Part shown: positions 22,001-32,380 of the stretch, piece by piece
Layout of the letters: each line of letters starts with the position of its first letter
Numbering within the stretch: the first letter of the stretch is position 1
Source: Candidatus Kapaibacterium sp.
Lineage (GTDB): Bacteria > Bacteroidota > Ignavibacteria > Kapaibacteriales > UBA2268
Assembly (NCBI GenBank): GCA_963664875.1
Contig: OY761611.1
Span: 1,056,001 to 1,120,000, forward strand
DNA length: 64,000 nucleotides
Direction of reading: 5' to 3'
Notes under the pieces: generated by a model
What the model was told of the DNA's origin: nothing
What the model saw: only the letters and a program-made list of their open reading frames with translations
Database searches by the model: none
Made by a program: the position numbers and the translations under genes

Positions 22001-22501
22001 GTAAAAAGCTGCTTCTTCCATTGCAGCTTCAAAATCACCATTCACCAGATGATTGTTAACAATGCCACCAATACAAGCAGATGAAACGACTATACCTTCG
22101 CTGTACCTTTCCACAAGCTCACGGTCTATCCTTGGTTTATAGTAAAACCCTTCTGTATGCCCAAGTGTAGTGAGTTTAAGCAGGTTTTTGTAACCTACTT
22201 CATTTTTTGCAAGCATCACAAGATGATAGTAGTTTTTCCGTTTTCTGCCATCTTTGGTTTTTGTGCTTCTGTCAAAACGAGAACCGTTTGCAACATAGGC
22301 CTCCATTCCAATGATTGGCTTTACACCGACTTTTTTGGCAAGTTTTGTAAATTCAAGACATCCAAACATAACGCCATGATCAGTAAGTGCTATTGCTGGC
22401 TGATTATCATCTTTCGCTGCCGAAAGCAAATCCATAGGAGTAGCCATGGCATCTAAAAGTGAGTAATGAGTGTGATTGTGCAAGTGTACAAAATCAGACA
22501 T
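19031..22501 (-). CDS. dnaE: DNA polymerase III alpha subunit
   Basis: PHP HLHNHTHYSLLD/TDHG, GPGRGSAAGS, FERFLNPER, PDVDIDF, GLLKMDFLGL, YGFNKSHS, C-terminal OB fold. Confidence 0.98.
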   Translation of the reverse strand: MSDFVHLHNHTHYSLLDAMATPMDLLSAAKDDNQPAIALTDHGVMFGCLEFTKLAKKVGVKPIIGMEAYVANGSRFDRSTKTKDGRKRKNYYHLVMLAKNEVGYKNLLKLTTLGHTEGFYYKPRIDRELVERYSEGIVVSSACIGGIVNNHLVNGDFEAAMEEAAFYKKVFGEDFYLEIQNHFQPADKIILDKVPQIARELDIKMIATNDIHYMKKEHAVAHNVLLLIRDSNAANSGQANIYDLRYKTPEFYFKTQDEMKDIFKEFPDALENTLEIADKCNYGVETGKIYMPEFPIPKESQAKDLNEYLEELTWKGIKEKYGEITEEIKERTEFELKVIIDMGFPGYFLITQDFIAAARQRGVRVGPGRGSAAGSIVAYALGITNIDPLPYNLLFERFLNPERVNMPDVDIDFADDKRDVVIEYVKDRYGEDAVCQIITFGKLSSKAVITDVGRVLGVELNKLREITKQIPAIQGKVTPIAKAIELPDLEWLKKTDDPKLKELVEFSKLLEGKFRQTGVHAAGVVIAPEPVANFVPVHKSAKAKESSVEITSQYSMADIEDAGLLKMDFLGLRTLSIIENTLDMVKDNHGVDIDIDKIDFHDQATYDLLGQGKTLSIFQFESGGMQEYLKQLKPQNLEEITAMNALYRPGPMANIPDFIDRKFGRKPIEYLHPTMEKSLKNTYGIIVYQEQVMQLVQDIADFSLGQADLLRRAMGKKKAEIMEEEKPKFVAGAAKKGISDKLALQIFDLIVAFASYGFNKSHSVAYSYVAYQTAWLKTHYPAEFLAANMTAELNDQAKIVLLTEEAKKFGIKVLPPDVNRSFANFRAVGNEIYFGMAGIRNVGIKPVDSIIEARNEKKFESFFDFVSRVDTRLVNRKAIESLIYAGAFDSLESGHRAQLIAAIDDALEYAKAKQESSKSNMDSLFGGEVSADLKEPELPVIKPWDKKYILEKELEVLKFYISGHPMEDYVPYWNSVATFKLDQTDISDKSQVRIVALITEMRTKLDKNNNTMAFLNVEDVRGKAEVIFWSNSYKKCHHALQQDNVVVIEGKVEVSEDKIKIIADDAFPVIESIDRFAKGYSVWIDRKTVTEETIKGIYSKFRKENAKSLMHFYVFDESNDYKKHYFTTETEIPVNEEVLNGLVEILGVYNVKLALV

Positions 22502-22747
22502 ATATATTTTTCCGGTGATTTTTATCTAACTATAATGAACAAATATACTTATATCTGTGTTTTATTCCATATCAAGTTTTACACAAAATACAGCATATAG
22601 TTTATTCGATTTGAATATGAGATAAAAAAATGTTCGGTTGGTATTCTGATTTCTGATAAGTAAAGTGGATTGTTCTTCTTATCCCTTTATTATCAGTCCG
22701 AAAATGATTATTTTGCAAAACAGTTTATAGTCAAACAAAATAGCTTT

Positions 22748-23833
22748 ATGAGCAAGATAATACTTAAAAATATCAGCAAAATTTATCCCAACGGCATAAC
22801 AGCGGTTAATAATGCTGATTTTGAAATAGATAAAGGTGAATTTCTGGTACTTGTCGGACCTTCCGGGTGTGGCAAATCTACAATGCTTCGCATGATTGCA
22901 GGATTGGAAGAAATAAGCAGCGGTGATTTATATTTTGATGATTTGCGGGTCAATGATATAGAGCCTAAAAACAGAGATATCGGCATGGTATTCCAAAACT
23001 ATGCCCTTTACCCTCATAAGACTGTATTTGATAATATCGCATTCCCTCTTAAAGTAAGGAAAACACCAAAAATTGAGATAAAAAAACGAGTCTTAGAGGT
23101 TGCAAATTCTCTTGAACTCGAATCTCTTTTAGACCGTAAACCTAAAGAACTTTCCGGAGGTCAAAGGCAGAGAGTTGCTCTTGGCAGAGCGATAATCAGA
23201 GATCCGAAACTGTTTCTTTTCGATGAGCCTCTTTCTAATCTTGATGCTAAGCTCAGAGTACAGATGCGTGCAGAAATACAACAGTTGCACAGAAGACTGG
23301 GCACAACTGCAGTTTATGTAACTCATGATCAGGTGGAAGCTATGACTATGGGTAGCAGATTGGTAGTGATGAATAAAGGTGAAGTACAGCAAATAGCGGC
23401 TCCACAGGAACTGTATGACAAACCTGCAAATAAATTTGTTGCCGGATTTCTTGGAAGTCCACAAATGAATTTTTTTGAAGGTACTCTTGAATACAAAAAC
23501 GGATTAAGATTCGAAGAAATAAACGGAATAGCTCTTGATTTGCCCGATAGCCTCAATCGTAAAACTAACTCGGCTTCAATGAAAATTACTTTGGGAATAA
23601 GACCTGAAGACATTTTGCTCGCACCAAAAGCAGACTCAATAGCAATTAGTTTAATTATAGAAAACGTAGAATATCTTGGGCATGAGCAACTAATTTATTT
23701 CACAAGTGCCGGCAAATTGAAATGCCTTCGCACAGAAAACAGAATTAAAGTCAACTCAGGCGAAGAAATTACTGCATATCTGGATATTGAAAAACTGCAT
23801 TTCTTTGACGAATTTGAAAAAAGAATAGACTAA
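22748..23833 (+). CDS. MalK/UgpC-type sugar ABC transporter ATPase (no permease genes adjacent)
   Basis: [40 protein letters not shown]-terminal TOBE LGIRPED. Start ATG 22748. Confidence 0.93.
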   Translation: MSKIILKNISKIYPNGITAVNNADFEIDKGEFLVLVGPSGCGKSTMLRMIAGLEEISSGDLYFDDLRVNDIEPKNRDIGMVFQNYALYPHKTVFDNIAFPLKVRKTPKIEIKKRVLEVANSLELESLLDRKPKELSGGQRQRVALGRAIIRDPKLFLFDEPLSNLDAKLRVQMRAEIQQLHRRLGTTAVYVTHDQVEAMTMGSRLVVMNKGEVQQIAAPQELYDKPANKFVAGFLGSPQMNFFEGTLEYKNGLRFEEINGIALDLPDSLNRKTNSASMKITLGIRPEDILLAPKADSIAISLIIENVEYLGHEQLIYFTSAGKLKCLRTENRIKVNSGEEITAYLDIEKLHFFDEFEKRID

Positions 23834-23849
23834 TAACTTCGGTATATAA

Positions 23850-25787
23850 ATGATTACAATAGCAAATCTCTCTATAGAATTTAGTGGTAAAAAACTTTTT
23901 GACAATATTTCCTTTAATGTTCAAAAAGGTGATAGAATTGGGCTTATCGGAAGAAACGGAGCCGGCAAATCTACACTTCTTAAAATATTTGCCGGGGTGC
24001 TTAATCCCGAAACAGGAAATATCAGTAAACCTAACGATTATTCGATAGGTTATTTGCCTCAGGAAGTTGAAACAAAATCAACACTCCCTATTTTCGAAGA
24101 AGCTGCTGCTGCACTGTCTGAAATAAAAGAAATTGAAAGAAGAATTGATTACACTACCAATGAAATTTCTAATAGAGAAGACTACGAATCTGACGAATAT
24201 GCCAAATTATTAGAAAGTCTTGCGGAAGACAACGACAGATTAAAGATTTTGGGTGGTCATTCGATCGAAGCAGAAGTCGAACGCGTACTAACCGGTCTCG
24301 GTTTTACTCAGGAAGAACTCCAAAAACCAATGAATGAGTTCAGTGGAGGCTGGCAGATGCGCGTGGAACTTGCCAAATTACTTTTAGCCAAACCTGACTG
24401 CATATTACTCGACGAACCTACTAACCACCTGGATATAGAATCTATCGGATGGGTTGAAGTCTTTTTGAAATCATACCCGGGTGAAGTTATACTCGTTTCG
24501 CATGATAGGCAATTTCTTGACAACATCACAAACAGAACAGTCGAAATATCCCTCGGCAAGATGTATTCAAACACAATGCCTTACTCTAAATTTGTCGAAT
24601 TTAGAGCTATACAAAGAGAACAGGATTTGAGTGCTTATGCAAATCAACAAAAACAGATTGCACAGCAGGAACGTTTCATAGAAAGATTTAAAGCTAAAGC
24701 TACTCTTGCTTCCAGAGCTCAATCCAAGATGAAATTGCTTGATAAAATTGAACGAATTGAGATAGAAGACGAAGATACTTCAAAAATTGTTCTTCGCTTC
24801 CCTGAACCGCCTCGTTCGAGCAGACTTGTCGCAGAGTGTAAAAATCTATCTAAAAGTTACGGTGATAATCTTGTACTTTCAAATATAAATTTCGATATCG
24901 AACGCGGACAGCGTGTCGCATTTGTCGGAAAAAACGGTGAAGGTAAATCTACTTTGTCAAAGATACTCGGCAAATTTGAGAGTTATGATGGCACAGTAAA
25001 CTATGGAAATAACATAGAGCTTGGATATTTCGGTCAGCATCAGGCTCAGATGTTAGATGAAAATGCTGCTGTTTTTGATATTATTGACAGAGCAGCCACA
25101 GGCGAAATGAGGAAAAATATTCGAAACCTATTAGGTGCTTTCCTTTTTAGCGGTGATGATGTTTATAAAAAAGTTAAAGTTCTATCCGGCGGCGAAAAAG
25201 CAAGACTCTCTCTTGCAAGGCTATTGCTGCAACCTGTCAACTTTCTGATTATGGACGAACCAACCAATCACCTTGATATGAATTCGAAAGATGTGCTCAA
25301 AAATGCTCTTATGAATTATACTGGTACATTGATAGTCGTATCTCATGATAGAGATTTCTTGCGGGGCTTGACAGAGAGAACTATAGAATTCAAAAACCGT
25401 AAGCTCAAAACTTACGAAGGCGATATTGACTTATTCTTAGAAAAACAGCAATTAGCTTCTCTGCAGGAATTAGAAAAGAAAGACAAAGCACGCAAGGAAG
25501 AAAAAGATTCAGTGGGCAATGCTCAGGAGCAAAGAGAAAAACGAAAAGCTGCACAACGTGAGAAAAACAAAATTCAAAAGCTCTTGGATAATTGCGAAAG
25601 CAGAATCGCTCAACTGGAAGAAAAAATTGCAGAATTGGAAGCTCTTTTTGCAAATCCTGAATTTTTTAATGATATCGAAAATTCACAGATAAAGCAATCG
25701 GAACATTCAAAACTGCAAGAAGAATTAGAAATAAAAATGGAAGAATGGACAGAACTTCAGGAACAAATCGAAGCAATAGAGGAATAG
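23850..25787 (+). CDS. ABC-F family ribosome-associated ATPase
   Basis: Two ABC domains (GRNGAGKST/FSGGW/DEPTNHLD and GKNGEGKST/LSGGE/DEPTNHLD), no TM spans, C-terminal coiled coil. Confidence 0.95.
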   Translation: MITIANLSIEFSGKKLFDNISFNVQKGDRIGLIGRNGAGKSTLLKIFAGVLNPETGNISKPNDYSIGYLPQEVETKSTLPIFEEAAAALSEIKEIERRIDYTTNEISNREDYESDEYAKLLESLAEDNDRLKILGGHSIEAEVERVLTGLGFTQEELQKPMNEFSGGWQMRVELAKLLLAKPDCILLDEPTNHLDIESIGWVEVFLKSYPGEVILVSHDRQFLDNITNRTVEISLGKMYSNTMPYSKFVEFRAIQREQDLSAYANQQKQIAQQERFIERFKAKATLASRAQSKMKLLDKIERIEIEDEDTSKIVLRFPEPPRSSRLVAECKNLSKSYGDNLVLSNINFDIERGQRVAFVGKNGEGKSTLSKILGKFESYDGTVNYGNNIELGYFGQHQAQMLDENAAVFDIIDRAATGEMRKNIRNLLGAFLFSGDDVYKKVKVLSGGEKARLSLARLLLQPVNFLIMDEPTNHLDMNSKDVLKNALMNYTGTLIVVSHDRDFLRGLTERTIEFKNRKLKTYEGDIDLFLEKQQLASLQELEKKDKARKEEKDSVGNAQEQREKRKAAQREKNKIQKLLDNCESRIAQLEEKIAELEALFANPEFFNDIENSQIKQSEHSKLQEELEIKMEEWTELQEQIEAIEE

Positions 25788-26380
25788 TGGGGCTCTCTGT
25801 GTTGATTTGAATTGATTTTCTTTGATTCCACTGAATCAATTTTGGAGTTGTGTATTGAATGCATATTGCATAGAGTATGCCTCGTAAGTCAAGAAAATCA
25901 ATTTATCCTTGCGGATTTCTCATTATCCTCAGTATGATAAGTAATGCAAAATGTAGAGACGCACACTTCGCAATACTTTACCTCGACTTTGCTCAGTATA
26001 AACTAAGCTCTGTACATCGCTTTCGGTTATCGTGTATTAAAGATGCTGATAAAATTGAAAAAAATACTTATAAAACAGCCTCTATCATGCCTTATATTCT
26101 GAATAGCACAACTGACTTTTTTTACTCCACAAAAATTACTATCCGTTTATACAATATCGTTAAATATAAAATAATTTTTGAGATTCCATCTTACTTATCA
26201 TCTCAATTCTCGCAAATCACTGATGATAATAGACTTTAGCAAAACTTTGCTGCCAAATAAATATTTTCAAATTTCACGAAAAATAATTTTATATAATTCC
26301 TAATAATACATATATTACCATGTTCATTTACTAAACTTATTTCAATAACACATTTGCTAGTTACAAGGAAGGAAACACAC

Positions 26381-27508
26381 ATGTCTCAAAAGAAAACTTA
26401 CAAAATCGCCTGGCTACCGGGTGATGGTATCGGGGTTGACGTATTAGACGCAGCCAAAGTAGTATTTGACAAACTTGGCTTCGAAGCTGAGTATATTCAC
26501 GGTGACATTGGCTGGGAGTTTTGGAGAGCTGAAGGCGACGCTTTTCCTGAAAGAACAATTGAACTTTTGAAAAATGTTGATGCCGCTATGTTTGGTGCTA
26601 TCACATCTAAACCTGTCAAAGCTGCTGAAGAAGAATTAGTACCGGAATTGCAGGGCAAAGGCTTAATTTATCGTTCGCCTATCGTTAGAATGCGACAGAT
26701 GTTTGACTTATACAATTGCCAAAGACCTACAAAAGCTTACAAAGGCAACCCACTTAACTATAAAGATTTTATTGACATTGTAGTTTTCAGAGAAAACACT
26801 GAAGATCTTTACGCTGGAGTAGAATTCAACACTGTTCCTAAACAGCTTGCTGATACTCTAAGTGAATTGAATCCGAATTTCAAACGTTTTGCTGAATTAA
26901 ACGGCGACGAATATGCAATCTCTACAAAAATCAATACAAGAGAAGGCAGTCGCAAAATCATCACTGAAGCTTTTGAATTTGCTCAAAAACATAACAGAAA
27001 AAAAGTTACTGTTGTTCATAAATCAAATGTTGTAAGAGCAACTGATGGCCTTTTCCTTGAAACGGCAAAAGAAGTTGCTAAAAACTACCCTTCTATTGAA
27101 ATGGACGAAGGAAATATTGATGCAATGACTATGTGGTTGCTAAAAAATCCTGAAAGATATGATGTGCTTGTAGCTCCAAACCTCTATGGCGACGTAATCT
27201 CCGATTTATGTGCTCAGATGGTTGGCGGTCTTGGCTTTGCTTGCTCCGGCAATATCGGCAAAGAACTTGCAGTATTCGAGCCTACGCATGGTTCCGCTCC
27301 TAAATATGCAGGAAAATACGTTGCTAATCCTATTGCAACTTTCCTCTCCGGAAAAATGATGCTTGATTGGCTCGGCGAAACAGAAATGGCTGAAAGATTG
27401 GAAAAAGCAGTTGCTCAAGTCGTAGAAGAAGGTAAAGTTCGCACTTATGATATGGGTGGAAACGCTTCTACTATGGATATGGCTAATGCTGTAGCTGATA
27501 AGTTATAA
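26381..27508 (+). CDS. Isocitrate/isopropylmalate/homoisocitrate dehydrogenase family enzyme
   Basis: WLPGDGIG, FRENTEDLY, VHKSNV, NLYGDVISD, FEPTHGSAPKYAG, TYDMGG. ATG 26381 with AAGGA SD. Confidence 0.93.
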   Translation: MSQKKTYKIAWLPGDGIGVDVLDAAKVVFDKLGFEAEYIHGDIGWEFWRAEGDAFPERTIELLKNVDAAMFGAITSKPVKAAEEELVPELQGKGLIYRSPIVRMRQMFDLYNCQRPTKAYKGNPLNYKDFIDIVVFRENTEDLYAGVEFNTVPKQLADTLSELNPNFKRFAELNGDEYAISTKINTREGSRKIITEAFEFAQKHNRKKVTVVHKSNVVRATDGLFLETAKEVAKNYPSIEMDEGNIDAMTMWLLKNPERYDVLVAPNLYGDVISDLCAQMVGGLGFACSGNIGKELAVFEPTHGSAPKYAGKYVANPIATFLSGKMMLDWLGETEMAERLEKAVAQVVEEGKVRTYDMGGNASTMDMANAVADKL

Positions 27509-27532
27509 AATATTCATATTTCGATTACTCTT

Positions 27533-27571
27533 TAAAAAAAGGAGCTGCATTTTTGATTTTGCAGCTCCTTT
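27533..27571. terminator. Bidirectional terminator
   Basis: AAAAAAAGGAGCTGCA...TGCAGCTCCTTT between convergent genes. Confidence 0.85.
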
Positions 27572-27594
27572 GCTATTTTTTGCTCGTTTATAGC

Positions 27595-29685
27595 TTAGTC
27601 TTTTCGCATTTCAGCCATTACAAGAAGATTCTTCATATCTTCTACTGTATTTACCGGCATCTGACAAGCATAGTTTTTGCAGACATACGCTGTTGTTTCG
27701 CCTTCTGCTATTTTCATATTTTTCAAATACGAAGCATATAAATCTATTGCTTCATTTTGTTTATAAATTACTACCGCATTTGGCATATAAACATTTCGTA
27801 AAGCATCTATAAACTCACTATTTTCGGGTTTGTCTTTAGATGTTATTACAATCTCTACTGCAGGATTGTAAATATAATCCAAAGCACACTCAAAATATGC
27901 ATATATAGAAGGATACTGATCTACTTTTGAAGAGAAGAAATCAATTAGCTTTTGTGCTGTAACGTCATACTCTGTGTTTCCGGTGATTTTCGATAGCCTG
28001 ACTAAATTCATCAATGCTACTGAATTGCCCGAAGGCACAGCTCCATCATATAATTCTTTCATCCTATTGATTAGTTGCTCGCCGAAATCTGCCGTATTGT
28101 AATATCCGCCCTGCTCTTTATCTTCAAAGTGATTTTCTAACATATCCATCATCTCAATTGCATCTTTGATGTATTGATGCTTGAATGTTGCTCCGTAAAG
28201 CTCTATTGCTGCCCAAGTAAAGAAGGCATAGTCATCAAGCATAGCATCAATTTTTGCTTCACCTTTAGCGTATCGGTGGAGCATTCCCTGCTGAGATTTC
28301 AACTTTTCGGATATAAACTTATATGCTTTCTCAGCGATTGAGATATACTCTGAATTTTTGAATACAAAGCCAGCTTTTGCAAAAGCCGAAATCATCAATC
28401 CGTTCCAATCCATAAGTATCTTATCGTCTTTACCGGGACGAACTTTTTTCTCTCTTGCTTCGAATAATATCTCTTTACATTCTGCGATGATATTACTTAA
28501 TTCTGCTTCTTCAATATCATGTTTCTCAGCTACTTCTTTCAGGCTTGCAGTCAGATGCAGAATATTTCCTTTTTCAGGCATGTGCCCGGCTGCATTTTCG
28601 TAGTTACCTTCTTCTTTTATGTTGAAGTAATCAATAGCATATTTTGCATTTCCGCCAAGTAGCTGCTCTATTTCTTCATATTGCCAGATGTAAAACTTAC
28701 CTTCAACTCCTTCGCTGTCAGCATCTTCCGCACTGTAAAATCCACCTTCAGGTGAAGTCATATCTCTTTTTACGTAGTTCAAAGTCTCTTCTACTATTCG
28801 CTTATAGTTATCATCTTTTGTAACTAAATATGCTTCTAAGTAAGCATGAGTCAGCATCGCCTGATCGTATAGCATTTTTTCAAAGTGAGGCACTAACCAC
28901 TCTCTATCTGTAGAGTACCTCGCAAAGCCGCCTCCGAGGTGGTCGTAAATGCCACCTTTTGCCATTCTGTCCAAACTCTCTGTAGTGATTTTTAAGGCAG
29001 TTTCTTTCTCAGTGCTTCTGTTATACCTCAAACTGTACAAAAGATTGTGAGGAACGGGGAATTTAGGTTTAATTCCAAATCCTGCGTGCTTAGGATCAAA
29101 TAAATTATCAATACCGTCAAAAGCACGATCGAGAATCTTTTTATTCATTGGAACAATGCTTTCACGTTCTTCCATTTTCTGCATTTTTTGAATCAAATCA
29201 TCAGCATTAGCTTCAATATTTTTTTGCTGTTCCATCCATGCTAGTGCTACTTTAGGCAAAAGTTCCATCATACCGATTCGGTTCATCACAGACTCTTTTG
29301 GGAAATAAGTACCGGCAAAAAACGGTTTCTGCTCGGGAGTCATGATTATTGTCATTGGCCAGCCGCCTGTGCCGGTCATCATCTGACACACCTGCATATA
29401 CACAGAATCAATATCAGGGCGCTCTTCCCTATCGACTTTAATATTGATAAAAGCCTCATTCATCATTTCCGCAATTTCAGCATCCTCGAACGACTCGTGC
29501 TCCATCACGTGGCACCAGTGGCATGTCGAGTAACCAATGGAAAGAAAAATAGGTTTGTTTTGCTCCTTCGCAGCAGCAAATGCCTCTTCGCCCCAAGGGA
29601 ACCAGTCCACAGGATTGTAAGCATGCTGCAAAAGGTAAGGACTTTTCTCATGTATCAATCTATTTGATTTTGCTTTTTCGCTCAT
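27595..29685 (-). CDS. yyaL: YyaL/SSP411-type thioredoxin-domain protein (DUF255)
   Basis: [62 protein letters not shown]. Confidence 0.95.
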   Translation of the reverse strand: MSEKAKSNRLIHEKSPYLLQHAYNPVDWFPWGEEAFAAAKEQNKPIFLSIGYSTCHWCHVMEHESFEDAEIAEMMNEAFINIKVDREERPDIDSVYMQVCQMMTGTGGWPMTIIMTPEQKPFFAGTYFPKESVMNRIGMMELLPKVALAWMEQQKNIEANADDLIQKMQKMEERESIVPMNKKILDRAFDGIDNLFDPKHAGFGIKPKFPVPHNLLYSLRYNRSTEKETALKITTESLDRMAKGGIYDHLGGGFARYSTDREWLVPHFEKMLYDQAMLTHAYLEAYLVTKDDNYKRIVEETLNYVKRDMTSPEGGFYSAEDADSEGVEGKFYIWQYEEIEQLLGGNAKYAIDYFNIKEEGNYENAAGHMPEKGNILHLTASLKEVAEKHDIEEAELSNIIAECKEILFEAREKKVRPGKDDKILMDWNGLMISAFAKAGFVFKNSEYISIAEKAYKFISEKLKSQQGMLHRYAKGEAKIDAMLDDYAFFTWAAIELYGATFKHQYIKDAIEMMDMLENHFEDKEQGGYYNTADFGEQLINRMKELYDGAVPSGNSVALMNLVRLSKITGNTEYDVTAQKLIDFFSSKVDQYPSIYAYFECALDYIYNPAVEIVITSKDKPENSEFIDALRNVYMPNAVVIYKQNEAIDLYASYLKNMKIAEGETTAYVCKNYACQMPVNTVEDMKNLLVMAEMRKD

Positions 29686-29917
29686 TATAGTCTTCCGCTG
29701 TTTTATTTTCAAAATCTTTCAAAATCTTTCAAAAATAAGAAAAAATATCTGTTTGTATTGCAGAGACTAAAGAAAGGGTGGTTTTATTGGAGAGGAAGAG
29801 AAGAATTGGATTATGGTAGCAGATTTGTCGCAGTACCTTAAAAAGATACCCCTTCAGCTCAGATCATTGCTCAAGAGGTAAATTATATATACATTCATGA
29901 TAATAGAAATGTAAAAA

Positions 29918-30769
29918 CTATTCCTGTGTTTTGATAAATTTCACTACGCCTTCAGATGTTTGCAGAAAATAAACACCTGCCCTTAAGCTACTTATATCTA
30001 TCATATTATCAGTTCCAATTTCAAGCCTACCTATTTTAATTTGTGCTCCTCTTAAGTCAAAAATGCTGTAGTCGCCTGCTTTTTTGATGTCAGATACTAT
30101 AATGTTATTATCATGAATTTGAAGATTGTTACTCTGTTTATCAATCACAGAATAAGGTGGTTGAACTGCTCTATCGTGAATATTTAATCCTAAAGTCGTG
30201 AGTAGCTCTTCAATATGTTTGAAAGAAACAAACTTATTGAAACTAATAGCCAAATAATATGGCTCGAATGCATCCTCTTCTATTTTATGATAAGCATAAG
30301 CGTATATTTCATAGCTCCCAATCTGGTCTAATTTATTCTTTAGTTCAGCAAATAGATTGCTATAATCATCCTTTATATCATCAGCTGATATTTTTATTAC
30401 ATCTATTTGTTCAGTTGCAGGTTTGACAATATTAAGTGGTTCAAATTGGCTCCCCATATTAATTGCAACAAATTGATTACTGTATATTGCATTGCTATCA
30501 ATCAGTTCTTCAAAAAAAACATCTACCAACCCAAGACTATTGACATGATCGAGCGGTTTAGGCCATTCCTGTAAGTATTCCCTTTGTAACAGGTCGGTTT
30601 TATTGCAAGTATCAATTCCGACCTCACGTTGAAAATCGTTCATAAAATTAATGGTATATTTATGATATACCTCAAAAAAACATTCCGGCAACTCTTCATA
30701 AGCTAAAGAATCTTGTGCAAGAACCGGGGCTGCACTAAACAGTAATATAGCTATAAATAGATGTTTCAT
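29918..30769 (-). CDS. Hypothetical T9SS cargo protein with type A C-terminal sorting domain
   Basis: Signal peptide ending VLA-Q, C-terminal IFDLRG...IDISSLRAGVYFL...KFIK. Confidence 0.75.
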   Translation of the reverse strand: MKHLFIAILLFSAAPVLAQDSLAYEELPECFFEVYHKYTINFMNDFQREVGIDTCNKTDLLQREYLQEWPKPLDHVNSLGLVDVFFEELIDSNAIYSNQFVAINMGSQFEPLNIVKPATEQIDVIKISADDIKDDYSNLFAELKNKLDQIGSYEIYAYAYHKIEEDAFEPYYLAISFNKFVSFKHIEELLTTLGLNIHDRAVQPPYSVIDKQSNNLQIHDNNIIVSDIKKAGDYSIFDLRGAQIKIGRLEIGTDNMIDISSLRAGVYFLQTSEGVVKFIKTQE

Positions 30770-30910
30770 TTTAGGTCTCCCATTTTTGTACTATTGTTTT
30801 TTTTTCATATTTATAAAAGTCAAAATATATAATTTAAAGCAAACAAACAAATAATATTATTTGTATATTTCAAATAAGAGAACATATTTACACCTTATCC
30901 CCATTTGCTA

Positions 30911-30952
30911 TAAAAAAAGCCCTTCAATACTCTATCTATACTGAAGGGCTTT
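30911..30952 (-). terminator. Terminator closing the flagellar operon
   Basis: AAAAAAAAGCCCTTCA...TGAAGGGCTTT, giving a U-tail on the minus strand. Confidence 0.8.
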
Positions 30953-30977
30953 GACAAAATTTTAACAATACTGAATA

Positions 30978-31517
30978 TTACCAGGCATATCCGATTTTTA
31001 AATTCAAAAACAGAGGATTACCGTTGTCTCTACCATCTACTGTAAGTGCGTCTAACATCAAGTTAATTGACGGTTCTAAAGAGAAGCCATCCCATACCCA
31101 TTTGTATGCCGCCTCACCACCTATAGATAGATCCGATCCACTGTGATTTTCATAAAACACATTTTTATTCCCTACTATCTTATATTGCGGATAGTCGCTC
31201 TTCCAAAATGACATAACAGCGACAGGGCCAAAAGAAAAGCCTTCCAAGTTGCGTTTTTTATCTTTAAATGGAGAAATATACCACCTGTAGGATCCCCCTA
31301 TACCGTAGCCTGTCCAGTACTCAACATATTTAGTGTTGTACGATTGCAAAAATACGGTAAAGGAATTCAGATTGTCGATTTTGTGTTCGTAGGTGATGTT
31401 AAAAACACCATACAATAAAGCAAACGGATTTGCAGAAATATTGTTATTATACTGTGCCTTAGCCGGTGTTGATAAAAAGGCTATGCTCATTATCAACACA
31501 AGAATTAGTTTTTTCAT
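30978..31517 (-). CDS. Small outer-membrane beta-barrel protein (DUF3575-like)
   Basis: Signal peptide AKA-Q, ISANP..LLYG..NITYE, GSYRWY, GFSFGP, C-terminal LKIGYAW. Confidence 0.7.
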   Translation of the reverse strand: MKKLILVLIMSIAFLSTPAKAQYNNNISANPFALLYGVFNITYEHKIDNLNSFTVFLQSYNTKYVEYWTGYGIGGSYRWYISPFKDKKRNLEGFSFGPVAVMSFWKSDYPQYKIVGNKNVFYENHSGSDLSIGGEAAYKWVWDGFSLEPSINLMLDALTVDGRDNGNPLFLNLKIGYAW

Positions 31518-31525
31518 CTCTTTTC

Positions 31526-32362
31526 CTATTTAGTAGTTTGTTGTTCTTCGCTGCTTTGTGTAGGTATCTGTTGACGAAGCATATCCATATTTCCTTTAAG
31601 GAGCTTCTGCTGTGTAGAAAGAGGGAAAGCACTAATTAGTTTGTTTCTTATGACTGACGGAGTTTCTCCAAGCTGAACGGAATGCACACCTTCGAGCATA
31701 ACCTGCATGATATACATCTCATCTTCATGTATTTTGCGTAGCTTATCTCCAACAGGTAGCCATACTATGTTAGCCATCAAAATACCCCACATTGTTGCTA
31801 TAAATGCGGAAGATATGTGACGGACAAGTTCTGTAACATCTTCGCCGGCTGCAGCAAGAGTTGCTATAAGTCCCATCACAGTACCGATAATACCCATGGT
31901 CGGGCTATACCCACCAAGCTTCACTAAAAGACCAATGTTTTGCTCATGTCTGTCAGTGATGTACTGCATCTCGTTTTCTACGATAGTCTGGAGAGTATCA
32001 GGGTCTGTGCCGTCTATGCTGATTTCGAATAGTTTTTTTAGATAGGGGTGCTTGACCTGATCTAATCGGTCTTCAAGCGATAAAATACCTTCTCTTCTGG
32101 CAATACCTGCAAAAAGTACAATTTGATTTATGATAGCTTCCAAATCATACCTTGGCGGCACAAAAGCTATTCTAAATAAAGTGGGCAATCTAAACATCTG
32201 CTCGAATGAAGTGGAAGCAGTTCCTGCTGCCAAAGTGCCCCCAAAAACAATAAGCATAGCAGGCAACATAAAAAGCGAATCAAATGTTCCGCCTTCCCAC
32301 AAGTAGCCTCCAAATATCGCAAGGAATCCTGCGACGATACCTATTATAGTGCTAATTTTCAT
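31526..32362 (-). CDS. motA: Flagellar stator A subunit (MotA/PomA family)
   Basis: TIIGI..G...EGG, IVFGGT, ARREGILSLE, GGYSPTMGIIGTVMGLI, AFIATMWG..ANIVWLP. Confidence 0.92.
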   Translation of the reverse strand: MKISTIIGIVAGFLAIFGGYLWEGGTFDSLFMLPAMLIVFGGTLAAGTASTSFEQMFRLPTLFRIAFVPPRYDLEAIINQIVLFAGIARREGILSLEDRLDQVKHPYLKKLFEISIDGTDPDTLQTIVENEMQYITDRHEQNIGLLVKLGGYSPTMGIIGTVMGLIATLAAAGEDVTELVRHISSAFIATMWGILMANIVWLPVGDKLRKIHEDEMYIMQVMLEGVHSVQLGETPSVIRNKLISAFPLSTQQKLLKGNMDMLRQQIPTQSSEEQQTTK

Positions 32363-32380
32363 AAGGGCAATTTATTGGTA

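Noticed and set aside
19031-22501. Intein or split in dnaE
   Set aside because: Length (1156 aa) and motif spacing are normal
25877-26239. 120-aa ORF starting MPRKSRK as a REP-associated transposase
   Set aside because: No HUH or catalytic Tyr motif, atypical composition and no clear SD, so probably spurious
29707-29734. TTTCAAAATC tandem repeat (~2.8 units) upstream of yyaL
   Set aside because: Too short and AT-rich to support phase variation
31526-32362. ZorA or ExbB/TolQ identity for the orphan MotA
   Set aside because: It has the flagellar rotor-contact motif, normal MotA length, no long tail, and sits directly after flgL
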